A stretch of 49,494 nucleotides of DNA, the filler included, from Bipalium vagum (taxonomy: Eukaryota): NCBI GenBank assembly GCA_037834085.1. It is 3 parts of 3 records of this genome, joined end to end, with 100 filler letters (N's around TTAATTAATTAA, not from the genome) between each part and the next. Parts side by side here need not be neighbours in the genome. Positions count along the whole stretch, not along the records: positions 32,716 to 49,494 come from JBBMKC010094345.1; 2 more parts are not named here. One strand, 5' to 3'. The translations under genes were made by a program, and so were the position numbers. Under the pieces are notes generated by a model. It searched no databases, had not been told where the DNA came from, and saw only the letters and a list, made by a program, of their open reading frames with translations. Positions 37,301 through 49,494 of the stretch are shown here, piece by piece. The stretch's first letter is position 1. Each line of letters begins with the position of its first letter.

Positions 37301-39021
37301 TACGCATAATATTGACGAAGATATTTCGTTAGACTTAAACCATATCAAAAGACACTGGTAAGAGTTTATCCAGAAAAATGTCATGTTTATCAGGCGTATT
37401 GGGGGCCAAAAAGATTAAGATCGAGCCATGACAAAATAATCTATTCAAACGCTGCTTATATTAAATAAAATAAAGAAATCGTACAATTTTATTATATTAT
37501 TACTAATAACAACTCTTACTTAATAACTTACTTTGGATATTTTATTGATTTTTGTATCGGTCCAAAAATAAAATTGAAAATATTTTACCAAAGGTTGCAA
37601 TAAAAGTCGAACAGGAAAGGAAATTCCTTCTATATTGTGATCAATCATAAATTTTTGACTAGTCACCATCAAACAATCTTCATTGTTGTTTACGACGCTT
37701 TTGTCACAGTAGTCAAGCAGGTGTTGTCTGGAAATTAAATGATTATTAGAAAAGAAAAATAAGATTTTTTTTTAAAAAATCAAAAAAAATAAAAATAAAA
37801 AACTGTTAGTTGAAAAATTAATCGGAGATACCGAGATTCAAACCCAGGACCTTTCACTTGCGCATGAACTGCTCTGACCGCTGAGATAATTTTCAATTTA
37901 TCTCACAAAAACAAAAAAAGAAAACATAAATAATGATTAACGACATATAGAAGAAAGTGCAAACAAAATTAAGAAATAATTAATTAAAATTTTGAATTTT
38001 CTTACGGAATCTCAATGACAAAGAGCTGTTTGAATTGGACACTGAATTTCGACGAAAACACTTGAAGCGTCTCTATTTGAGATCCTGAAACGGTTTGTTG
38101 AAGATCGTTTGAGATAAAAGGCCAGCAGATTTCTTTCAAACATTCCTGAAATTGTCTGGAAACAAAGGAAACGTGACAAATGAATATAATATTATCATTA
38201 TTGATAATACTTGACAAGCTGCGTTTTCACTAATTGATAATAAAACTGGAATTTTTTCCAAATTAGTCTGTGCCTATCATATGCCCAGGTTCCAATGTTT
38301 TCATTCTCGTTAAGAGGTTGAATTGTCTTAATGAGATTCCACAAATACTCACTTGCCAATTGAAGGTCGTCCAGAATAACAGAACTTTGAATGGCCGAAC
38401 TTAAGAAAAATTAATTGGAAGTTGTCAAGATTTTTTTGGGAGTGGAAAAAAGGAATGACCTAATTACTTCAATTATTTAAAAAAATCATAATCAACGGAT
38501 TAACAAGACAATTTAAAATATCAAAAGTATATCATCTGAAAAACCTCAGAAAAAATATTTTGACGAAAGACTTTAAAACTTATGAGCCATACATTGTCTC
38601 CAATTCACTCTCATATTTTTCCATAATGTTATATTTTAACTCCAAATTAGTTATTTCATCATAACGTTGTATAATTTCTTCCACTATACTTTGAGAACTA
38701 TCTGTAACCGCTTTAGCACTACTTTGGATATTTTTAATAGAACTAATTTTTTTATCAACCTCTTTAATTATTTCAACCGATTCTTTATCAATTTCAGAAA
38801 ACTTGCTTTCACATTCCTAAAAAAATATCCAATAAAATTGCAGAATGTATTTACATAACCTTTAAAATATTTGATTCTAATACATCATCAATCTCTTCCA
38901 AAAAATTATTCAAAGAATTTGTAAGATCTGTTGAGCATTTTTTATTTATAATACTAAATATTTCATTATTATCTAATGAAAAATAATTTGACTCCACTAA
39001 TTTAATTAAATTAACTTCCAT
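34327..39021 (-). CDS. RINT1: RAD50-interacting protein 1 (RINT1/TIP20). Exons: 39021-38860, 38816-38593, 38399-38211, 38155-38006, 37727-37532, 36580-36479, 36326-36013, 35956-35713, 35618-35535, 35046-34327
   Basis: Phase-consistent GT-AG exons give ICWPFI, PLVKYFQFYF...ISKPEWYMTQVIQWI, EFMRGL, LFEKWMRLE and KFNELGASQLDFDIRKNLLPLF, which are RINT1/TIP20 family blocks. Confidence 0.95.
37823..37895 (-). pseudogene. Second, more decayed tRNA-Ala-like copy in RINT1 intron 4
   Basis: Minus strand ..TCTCAGCGGTCAGAGCAGTTCATGCGCAAGTGAAAGGTCCTGGGTTTGAATCTCGGTATCTCC aligns with 31851-31922. The 5' acceptor strand is eroded. Confidence 0.75.
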
Positions 39022-39410
39022 ATTTTGTACTATCGACAAGTTTATATATTATTAAAACAATTCTTTTTGTTAACGTAATCAGCATTTTAAAAGAATGTGA
39101 AATTTTTAATATAGGTTTTCTAACTTTTAATTAAATAACAAATAAATAAATCCAAAGATTTCAAAAACTCCTCAATATCATTACTATTATGATTACAGTC
39201 TTAAGATTATTCATATACCTTGGACAGAATTTTTCTTATTTCTCGATATCACTGAAGATAATGTCCAATGAACTATAATGTATAATAAAATCATAGATCC
39301 AGGTATTATTATTATTATCTTTAGTATAAGAGCTATTATATATTCAAAATCAGAACAAGTTAAATCAGAAAAAATAATTCTTCAGAATAAGAACCAATAC
39401 TTAATATGTG

Positions 39411-40620
39411 CGCTGTAAGAAACAAAAAACCGGAAACATTTTTTTAAAAAATTAAAGATGATTTTCTGAAACGTATCATATATTAAAATAAATAATGTGA
39501 ATGATCTTATTAAATTTATAATTAGCCTTAAAATCATATGTAATATATTAGAAAATATTACTGTTTTAAATTTTTTAAAATAAGACAAGCACAAATCTAG
39601 ACAAAAAAATTTATACTTAGTATGATTCCCTTTTTTCATTAAACATACTTCTAACTAATTTTTTACAAAGTTCTAATGGGATTTTCCATATTTCTATGAG
39701 TTTCTTGAAGCCAATCCAATACTGATATTTTGTTTTGAAAGAAGAAATCCTTTACAAATATTGAGGTATGTTTCTAGTGATTGTCATCATTAATATATAA
39801 AATTTTCTTCTAGAATAGCCGAATTTAAAAGATTTTCAGACAGAAATCTTTTATATGAAAACCTATGCAGTTTTCCAACTATGAAAATTAATAATCCGAC
39901 TCTTGGATGATATACATCCCCAAATCATATGAAACACTTCCAAATGTAATCGTAGATTGAATATATTCTTTTTTTTAGTCGAGAATTTGGAACGCGTTAA
40001 CACTTTGTTCTCATCTCTAAATGTGTTGTGTTCATGCATTGTCAAAGTCAATCTGGTCTTTATTTTTATTTTTTAATGGTACAGAGTTTCTGCTTGAAAC
40101 ATTCTAATCTTTCTTTTTTACTAATATTTTCGCCAGTGATGGAGATGATATTAATGGTACTTTTTTCGTTTTTATAGCGAAAAAGATTATATCACCTTCA
40201 TTTAAGGAAAATTTTCGGCAGACCCTTTCCCTCTCATTTATTATATTTTCTTATGATAATATGGACTAGACTTTGGAATTCCAGTATTTTATGAAATATT
40301 TCTGTGAAATTTAAATTAAAAATCCGGATAATTTCAAATCTAATTGATAATTTATTTTCTTATAATTCACTTATGAAGTCTTTAAAAAGTTTATTCATAT
40401 AATCTTATTTTTTAAGTGAAAAAAATTACCTGTCCGGAATTTTATTTCCTATTTTTTAATTCTAATTGTGTTCGCTACTAAATAAATAAGGATATATCAC
40501 AAACAATTCAAAAACTTTAATTAATTCAAGGAATTTGATATAATTATTTTTATTTTATTTAAAGATTATAAAGAGAAGTTTAAAATTTTTATTTTGTCCG
40601 GTTTTTTGTTTCCTACATTG
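39411..40620 (-). mobile_element. Decayed Tc1-like element with IR/DR ends
   Basis: TIRs C(G/A)(C/A)TGTA(A/G)GAAACAAAAAACCGG at both ends and an inner repeat near 40430-40452. Remnants MIWGCISSK and DDNH*KHTS...VLDW. Confidence 0.8.
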
Positions 40621-41560
40621 TATGTTATTTTATTAATTACTGTATTATTAGTGCAAATATATTGCTTAAATTAAATCTTCATAAGTTTTAGTGAAATAAT
40701 TATGAAATATAAATGGTTTAAGCTACGCTCTGAATTGCTTGTTCTTAATAAGTTATCTAACTTAAAAAAATATTTTATGTAAAAAAAAACCATATATTGT
40801 ATTTCTTATGATTTCAATTATTCTTACCACTGGAACAAACTTAAATTAAAATAATAACATCATTTATAAAACATTACATTATACTAACTTTTCCAAATTT
40901 TGCATTTTTTCAAAAATTTTCCTTATTTTACATTTTAAAATATTACAATTAAGACTATAACAATAATAAAAATTTTATATAAATCTTTTTAAGTATACAA
41001 AAAGCTTATTTTTCCTTAATTAAAATTACTCATCTTAAAACAAAAATTGACATATTTCCACATGTTCAGTTTTTAAACATAAAACAGCCTTATGAAAAGG
41101 AAAAATGTAATTAAACCTTGTCATAATGAGCCATTGTTTAATGCATCAAAAGTGAAACCTTAAATTATTTTTCCTGTTCACATTACTCATAAAAATATAT
41201 TAAGTGAGTCAATTCTCCAATATCCTTTATTAGTCTTAAGCAAATTTGTATAAAATGGACTAAAAAAAATATTTAGGCAATATTTAATCAAAATGAATTG
41301 ATAATAAAAATTAGTTTTCCCTCTATTTAATTACATTACATAATAACAAAACGATGTATAAATCACAAAATACAAATTCAGTCAACAGTCAACTGCTTTT
41401 TTCTTCAGCTTCAGCCTTTAGTCAACTTTCACCACTATTATAAATAATGTTACACATTAAAAATGATAGGTTTTCCAATCATCTTTCGATATTTACACAA
41501 AACATTCACACACACAGTGCATATCAAATTTAAATTCAACTATTTTTTTCAAATAAATCT

Positions 41561-44500
41561 TTATTTCTTTTTAGCACGACTTTTCGATTTTGATTTTGTT
41601 CCAATTTCTTTGCTTTCTGATAATTTGTCTTCGAGACATCTGGGACAAAACCACTCCTGCTCTTCTGGAGGTGGAATAAAAATTCCCAAACAAAGTCTAC
41701 AAAAGCAGTGAAAATATTTATAGAATTATCTACTTTTCAGCGTATACGCCACTCGCTTACCCATGGTACCAATCCTGACAACGATCACAGCCCAGCATAA
41801 GTGTCCCATTGTCTTCGGTGTTACAAATCGGACAGGTGTAAACGGTTTTACCATCTTCTGACTATTCGAGTAAAAGAAATCAAACATAATTATTAATAAT
41901 TAATGAACTATAAAGCTTTTGTGTGCCTGTATTTTTTCCTCACCTTGTAAAAAGCTTCTCCTTGAAGACAGCAATAACTATAAACGAGCTTCGGTTGTTC
42001 CAGTGGATTCACAGCAAAAGATGATGGTGTAGTTGTACCGATTGGATTTTGTTTGGATTTCGCTTTCGTAACTTTTTTGGAAGATGATTTAGAGCTGATT
42101 TTTATTGGTGGAATAACTGGATCACGATAAGCAGCATGAGGAGCCACTGATACGCGATGTGAAACTATGGGTGTACTGAGTTTATCAATTTTTGTGTGAT
42201 TCTTTTGATCGATTTTGTTTCCATCATCTTCATCGGAAAACACGTCATCCACTGAAACAAAATGTTTTTCTATTGGTGGTTTTATGGGGATTATCATTGG
42301 CTCATCATTATTCATCTTTAATTTGACGGATTTTTTAGATTTCACTTTCTTGGAACCTACACCACAAGATAATCAATAAATAACATTTGAGAACACTGAA
42401 AGAGAACCTTGTGGTAATTTTAAAGCATACAATGTTAAAAATTTCAAAATTACTTAATCTTGTTATAGAGCATTAGATGAAAAATCAAATAAAACCAAAA
42501 TAAAAAATGTAATCGAAAATCTAACCTGAACTGAGTTTGAGTCGTTTTCGTTTCCGTACTGATTTGTTAGTTTTGAAAAACAATGTTGGTATTTTATCAC
42601 AGTCGTCTGATGCGGGCAATGTTTTCGGGGATGAGTGTGTTGAAGACGAGTTGAATTGAGAAATATTAAGGTGGGGCTTGATTGTGATTTTATTTGGAGT
42701 TGGAGGCTTTGAAAATGTTGGAGAAAGAGTTCCGCTGGCAACGGAATTGTCTGTACGATAAAAATCTCGAAAAGATTCTCGCGTGGACGAATAAGCCGGA
42801 CTGTGTTGATGTACATCGTAGCTGGAAGGCTCAGGGGACTTTTCGAAGGAGCTGCGTTGCTGGTGGCAAAAGCCACCGCCGCCACCACCTTCAACTTCTG
42901 ACTGAGGACTGAGGTAATTCATAAGTTGAAGTCGTTCTGATATCGAATTTCTGTCGTCTGAATGTTGAGACGGAACTGGGGATGAAAGATCTGTGTTGCT
43001 ATTCACAATTGAGCTTGAGCCTTGTCTGCTGTTGTTGGTGTTTTTGTTTTTCTTGATTTTGATTTTCATTCTTATGCTTCCTTCACAATTTCGATTATTG
43101 ATGTGATTAGCCTGGAATCAAAATATGAAAGTTTGCAAAATAAGACAATTTATGAAACAAAAATCATAAGCAAAATCAATTGCAAAACAAAAAACCGAAT
43201 GATATGAAAACCAATTTCCATCGAAACCCCTTTATTGATAAAAAACTACAATAGTTTTTTATCCAAAATTAAAAATATCTATTTCAAATGAGATGATTAC
43301 CTATTTATTATAAGATGATTGTCCGTATTGATTTTAATTTTAAGACAATCTCGGTGATGAAGACGTACCATAACAAGAAAGAGAAGTATAAAATCAATAT
43401 TTTGACAAAAAATGTTATGATACAAAGTTAGAGTAAGATAACAAGTAAAATTGATGTCATCAAATAAGAGCTGTTTTGAAAACTCGGGAAACAATTTGGA
43501 ACAAAAGCTTTAAAAAATTAAAACCAACGGATGACGTATGAGAATGATTTTTTATGAAGATCGTGTGATACTGATATGGGTGAAAGCATGCTAACACATT
43601 TATTCATGCATTTTCACTCACATTAACCAACTCCCGATTTGTTGACGATGCTGTAAACGGTGGCGACATCGAGCAGGACTCAATAGTAACAACATTGGCC
43701 GTATTGGAGAACTGATCATTGCAACCAGTGGCGGACACTTCTAACATTTTGATTAATTCTTCCGATGATTCCTGCATCGGTTCCGTGCGATCATCGTCGG
43801 AATCGTCAAAGTCCATATCCATAACAGGATATGGACTGAGTGTATTTGACCGATCTCTGTTCAAAATGTAACCGGAAATACCGTTGCTGTTGCGGACGAC
43901 ATTGTCGTTATCTTTCTGATTATCATCCTTATCATTATTATTCGATGAATCAAATCGATTCGACGAATGGTGATGCTGATGATGGTTGAATAGAATGTTG
44001 TTTTCGCTCACCAATTGGTGGTTTATTGTTGAGTAGAAATTATTGCTATTGCTGCTAATACTTTTTTTACTGCTATTATTGTTCACGAGCACGGCTGTTG
44101 TGTCCAGGCAACCAGCACCGGTACCAGCACTTGAACTGGCGCCTTTTTTCGGAGAAGATACAGAAGAATAAAAAGATTTCCGTTTCCGTTTATTGGTAAA
44201 ACGAGTCTTCTGAGTAGACTTTTTCTGTAAAGAGATGTATCGATTTTTATTATTGAACAAATACAAAATTTGTTACAATATTGATTTTTATCAAACATCG
44301 ATTTTGATTTAAATTATATTAAAATATTGAATTCTTTTCTTGGTCTCGATTCATAATTAAATTTTAAAATAAAGTTTTATAAAGAGTTCTCAAGGTGTTT
44401 AAAATTAACAAATAAATATTGTATTCATGTAATTATACTCAAAAGAAAAAGAGATAAATTTTCAAATTTTGTTTTTTACCTTGAAAGATAATGTTGGAAT

Positions 44501-46420
44501 CGGTGATTCGTTGACGGATGGAATGATTTCGGTCTGGTAATAGAAATCTTGTTTAGGCACAAAATTATTGACGTAAGATGGATAAGTCGGTGATTTGTCC
44601 GTTATATCTTTGGGAGACTGCTGATAAGAATCTAAAATAAAGGTTGAATACGTTTCTAAAAGACAAAAAAACAGGTTACCGTAATAATGATACGCTGGTT
44701 CCCGGTCTTCAGAGTGAGAAGAATAAGGCACGGATCTCTCCGATGCATATGAATCCATCGTCCATTCTGTGTGGTAAGACTGGCCAGTAGTCGCATAGTT
44801 ACTGTCAACGATTCTTTGGTCGTTCTGGGCCTCAACTTTGCGAGCCTTCTTTGGTCTGAAAAGAAATTATTGAAAACATGCAATTTATTAGCTTTTCTAG
44901 ATTTTGTGTGTTTGTGTTTATTTTACACAAGACGTAAATATATATGCAAAATTCAATAATTGTAAATTGTAATTTGTTGAATAATATAAATTAAAAGAAA
45001 GTTTAAATATTACCGAGAACTTGAAAATGATCTTTTGTGTTTCTTGGCTTTTTTAACAGTTAAAGTTCCCGGTTTTGCATCCGGTGTAGATTCATTGTTA
45101 TTGGTAATGTAAGTGGTTATCTGTGGCGTTTCAGTCGCTTTCATAATCAAGGGTTCTACTTTAGCAAGCAAGGCAGCATTCCACACGTCATCGCTTATTG
45201 TTTGACGTTCTACCTGATTAGATGATGGTTTATAAGGCGCGATTGAAGTTGACAGCTCGTCACGATTAGATGAATAGACTGTCGGAGACGATGTCGACGT
45301 CTTAATACTGCTATTTTGGTGATTCTTCGACATGATATTTTCTTTGACTTCGTCGTGATTCGTATACAGAGACATGTCCAGCACTGACATTGAAGGTGTT
45401 GTGGACCTCGACATTTTCTTGTTGGTGCCGTGCTTCAGCAGTCCATTAAAAAGAGAAATTTGACTGTAATTGTGATTATAATTGCTATTGGGAAACAGGG
45501 ATTTGTGGAGATGGTTAATTTCTGAAGATTTAGAAGATTTCTGGCGCAGCATGTCCTGCTCCTCTGAATCGCTTATGAACGGATCGGGCAATTTACCGAT
45601 TTTTCCATTCAAACCGACAACGACGCCATTACAGTCGAGATCTATGGTGGGAGGCTCATATTTATTTGGAAATGCTTCCGGTGGCAACTCATAAAGACAG
45701 TTTGAACCGTACTTTTGAGTCATATTCGAAATAGAACCGGAAACAAACGACTTGCACTGAATATTATTTTTATTGTTCGAATCTGAAAGATTTTTACAGG
45801 AAGGTGGAGAATCAAATGAAAGAGCTAAGTAATTCGATCGATCGAAACTGAGATCAGGCACGATCTATGTAGTTCGGAAAGAAAATAAAACTTGATAAAT
45901 CTCTAATATCATTATACCTGTCTGTTTTTTAATTTCATTCCTATTGTTGCTAACGACGAAGACATGTCTGGGACCCATGGCACAAATTCCAATGGTTTTT
46001 CTTCGACTTTTTTGTCAACACAATTCAAAGGAATAGGTCCAAAATATGTTTTTGGAGGTGGCGGAAAAATATCATTATATTGTTGCAAGAAATCAAACAA
46101 TTCATCAAGATTATATCCATGCAATTTCAATGTACCTAGTCCAATCAAAATATCCGTCTCAGGTAAATTACCTGAAAGAATTTTCATCCATAAATATTGA
46201 ATACACTTATTTAATAGAGTTAAATATTTTTTATGATTAATTAACAATAAAACGTACAATCGCTTGTAAGAGTAGAGATCTTTGAAATGATGATTTTCAT
46301 GTAATTCAATGACATTCCCACCAACTCATCCAATGCACGTTTGGAGGAATTTTCGAAACCACATTGGAGTAAAATATTTACAATAGCAGTGGATAAAGAA
46401 TCTTTGTAATGGGACTCCAT
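41561..46420 (-). CDS. TAF3: Transcription initiation factor TFIID subunit 3. Exons: 46420-46258, 46171-45918, 45864-45014, 44855-44680, 44631-44480, 44224-43622, 43111-42526, 42356-41944, 41861-41761, 41696-41561
   Basis: N-terminal histone-fold/BTP domain (MESHYKDSLSTAIVNILLQCGFE...LDELFDF), a long low-complexity S/N/K-rich linker, and a C-terminal PHD finger (YTCPIC...MLGCDRCQDWYHGLCLGI...WFCPRC). All junctions are GT-AG and in phase. Confidence 0.92.
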
Positions 46421-47749
46421 ACCAACTAAATATTATCATCATTAATTTCAGTATTACAAAAAAATATAAAAATTAATCATTTTTATATTACTTATTAAAA
46501 AATATTTACATTCATTTAAAGAAACATCTTTATTAATAAATTCAATAAGAACGAGTTATTTATTTCATTTTTATTATCATTTTAATCGTTAGCTACAATT
46601 TTTACCAGCATTTAGTTTCAAAAGAAGAATTATTTTAAACAAATCCATACTTACATAATGACAAATCACAATTAAATAAAAACACATTTTAATAATATTT
46701 TTTGTTTTTAATAATTATATTATTTAAAAGTGATTCTTAAAGCCATAATTTTTTATCAAATAAAATTTTTAAAACGTTTTAATTTAACATATACTTAAAA
46801 GAAAACTAAGATTATCTTGTATTTTATCTAAGGTATAGACAATTATAATAAAAATTCATTAGCGTACTTCAAGAAAATTACTTTTTAAAAAATTAAAAAT
46901 TCTAAAAACTACATTTAAACTTTAACTAATTTATAATCAATATGTATATAATATAATTATGATGTATGTTATATAATTATGATAATCAGCACTACTTTTT
47001 TTCCTTAAAAATTTTTATCAATTTAAACTACGTGTAGATATTTATTTAGTTTAAAGATACTGGTTAACGATAAATTATAAAATAAATATTTTATAACTAA
47101 TCTTTTAAGAAAAATGAAATTAATTATGAAATTGCTTAATTAATTTTAGAGATTAATTGATTACTTTAATTGGTGATAAACAACTTACTCCAACCTGGCT
47201 CCTGGGATCAACATCCCAGGAGCTCCCTTCCATTGTTTAGAGTTGATATGATGTCTATGGTACATCCAGTAGATGGAAGATGTTGGCAAAACTAATGACT
47301 CAAAACTGGCTGTTGTGATCGAGATACTAAAACTCCCTTTCAAAGTTGATGGTGACTTTGGAATGTGTTTATGGTTTTCTGTTGAATTTTACACTCGGGG
47401 TGAGCGTGAGTTATTCTGAATTAACAATAGCACTAATTTATTTAGTGTCCAATTTGGAATCAAAACGTATTGGTACTATCTCGCCAGAGAACAATGACTT
47501 CGAAATACCTGTAATTATTTCAATGCTTCTCTAACTTTGGAAACAGATAGCATTCAGATCATCACTTTGTCTGGATGCCGATGCTCATATATCATAAGAA
47601 TTGTAAAAATTATAGTCAGGCCCAAATATCTACTTCTGTTAGTAGATATCCAAAGAACTGCTCTAGAATCTCTTTCGGCGATTGTGTAGATTTGTACTTT
47701 AAATTATTTTTATTAAAAATTAAAAAATCAATAATTATCAATATAAATT

Positions 47750-48680
47750 GAAATTTACATTTAACTTTCTAACTTCTTTAATATTCCTCCACCATTCTAA
47801 GAAAAGCATCCACATACATGTATTGTAGGTCCAAGTTTGATGAATATTTTCTGGTTTACCTTTGTTATTTGCTGTCCGTAACACTAAATGTTTCCCATTA
47901 TAACTGTAACACTCAAAAAATGCTTTCGTCACAGAAATTTCAAAACTAAACTCAGTGCTTTAATTATGAAAACCAATGCGTTAATTGTGCACTCAAATAG
48001 AAACAACCCAAAACACATCCTTGGCTCACATGACTCATACACCTGTTGAAGTAATAAATACCCAGCCCTTGGTGAAGAATCATCTTGGTCTCATCTATAT
48101 TTTTACTTCAGAACGAATTTTTTTTTCCATCAACGAATATTATTTTTAAAAACTCGAATTACTGCAGTTATATGCTTGAATACTTTATCCAACTATCTCT
48201 GGGATATTTAAATTTTTATCGCAGAGGAATTTCAATCCTCTTATTTTTGTTATCTTTCTTTCCAACTTGTCTCCAATTTCTTTGATGCATTAAATATTTT
48301 CACCTGGATCTCTGTTGGATCCTTTTTTATTTCATATATATGTTTGGATCTATAAAAAAAAGGCTCCAGCATCCTATCAAATCAAACTCAAAGCCAACTA
48401 AGAAGCCGGAGCCGCTACAACCAGAGCAAGAGCTTATAGATGAAAATTCTCCAAAGCTAGTAATAGACACAACCAATATTTTTATCTGTGAAATTTGCAT
48501 GAAAAAGCCTTGTTATGCTAACTTTTTTTTATATTCTGACTCTTTTTATGTGTTATTTTATATTTTATAAATAATAATAATATTTAAATTATAAATTTGT
48601 TTTTAAATAATATAAATAAATATAATAATAATAATATAAATTGTGGGTTGAAGTTAAGTAAAACTTAACCCACAAAAATT
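47750..48680. mobile_element. Possible piggyBac-like remnants
   Basis: Minus strand NIDETKM and YVDAFL resemble piggyBac catalytic regions. Plus strand ICEICMKKPCYANF resembles the Cys-rich tail. GGGTTGA/TTAACCC-like ends near 48645-48671. Confidence 0.3.
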
Positions 48681-48830
48681 ATTATAAATATATAAAATGA
48701 ATAATAATGATTCAGAAAATGAAACTTGCTAAAAATGCATTAATATGAGAAAGTATTAATATGTGGGTAGATATATTTAGTAAGCTCTATAATAAAAGAA
48801 CTTTCCTAAAATAGCAAAAACCAACATATA

Positions 48831-49494
48831 GAGGTGGTCATAATTTTTATACACCTACTTATTTTTAAATCTTTTCAGCAAAGGTAAAGAAACCGATTTT
48901 TAATCTTCATATAAATGTATATATAAAAATTTTCTATGTTTATACAGATATTTGTAATACATACAATTAATATATCTAATAGATACATGTTATTTTAAGA
49001 TAATAGTAAAAAATTATAGGCCATAATTTTTTATACACTTATATTTTTTAATAAATGAAATAACAAGAAACTATTAATTAATAAAAATTTGCTTTGTTAA
49101 TCAAAACCTTAGTTAGTCTGCTTCTAAAACTTTGATAAATTTGAAAAATAGTGTTACGTTTGCCATTATTAATAGCGTTTACGGCTTCATTGATTTTCTT
49201 CCTGAGTTCTCTTAGGTTTTCCGCCTGATAGTCATCGTAAACTATGTCACTGATGATCTTACATATATTTTCCACTATATTAATGTCTGGTGATTTTGAT
49301 GACCAGTCAATAATATTAATATCATTTGATTCATGGCAATGACGTACAACCCTTGATATATGAATCCTGTAATTATCCTGAGCCAAGTTAGCCGACATTT
49401 CCATATTCAATCGAATAGCAGGCACAATAACCGTATTAAACAGTATTTTGTAGTCCTCACTTTTCTGAAGTCCAATTAACTCTTTTATCAATAT
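48831..49494 (-). mobile_element. Tc1 (DD34E) element, 3' part, running off the window
   Basis: ORF 49078-49491 has QDNYRIH...DWSSKSPDINIVEN. TA+GAGGTGGTCATAATTTTTATACAC terminus at 48831 with an inner direct repeat near 49018-49038. Confidence 0.9.

Noticed and set aside
34492-46240. Short plus-strand ORFs overlapping RINT1 and TAF3 exons
   Set aside because: Antisense shadows of real minus-strand exons.
1-49494. CRISPR array, rRNA or prokaryotic operon
   Set aside because: No regularly spaced repeats or rRNA-like sequence; the gene structure is spliceosomal and eukaryotic.

Overview
Very AT-rich draft scaffold from a eukaryote, most likely an invertebrate animal (short GT-AG introns of about 43-60 nt, three N-gaps, two carrying a TTAATTAATTAA assembly linker). 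The right half holds three intron-containing host genes in tandem on the minus strand: TAF3 (46420-41561), RINT1 (39021-34327) and a TECPR1 homologue that appears to stop just before its PH domain (about 31609-25251). The left ~25 kb and the intergenic spaces are a transposon graveyard: a deleted Ty3/gypsy element plus a solo LTR, many Tc1/mariner/pogo derivatives with TIRs and TA target duplications, two RLE-type non-LTR retrotransposon fragments, and Penelope-like fragments. The most interesting signals are: (i) decayed virus-like genes, namely a Maverick/Polinton-type capsid next to an SF3 helicase; (ii) an intact-looking minimal hammerhead ribozyme with three decayed relatives; (iii) two decayed, intron-containing KDZ-like transposase copies; (iv) two tRNA-Ala-derived copies with a remodelled anticodon arm. 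All assignments are by eye from motifs; no searches were run.
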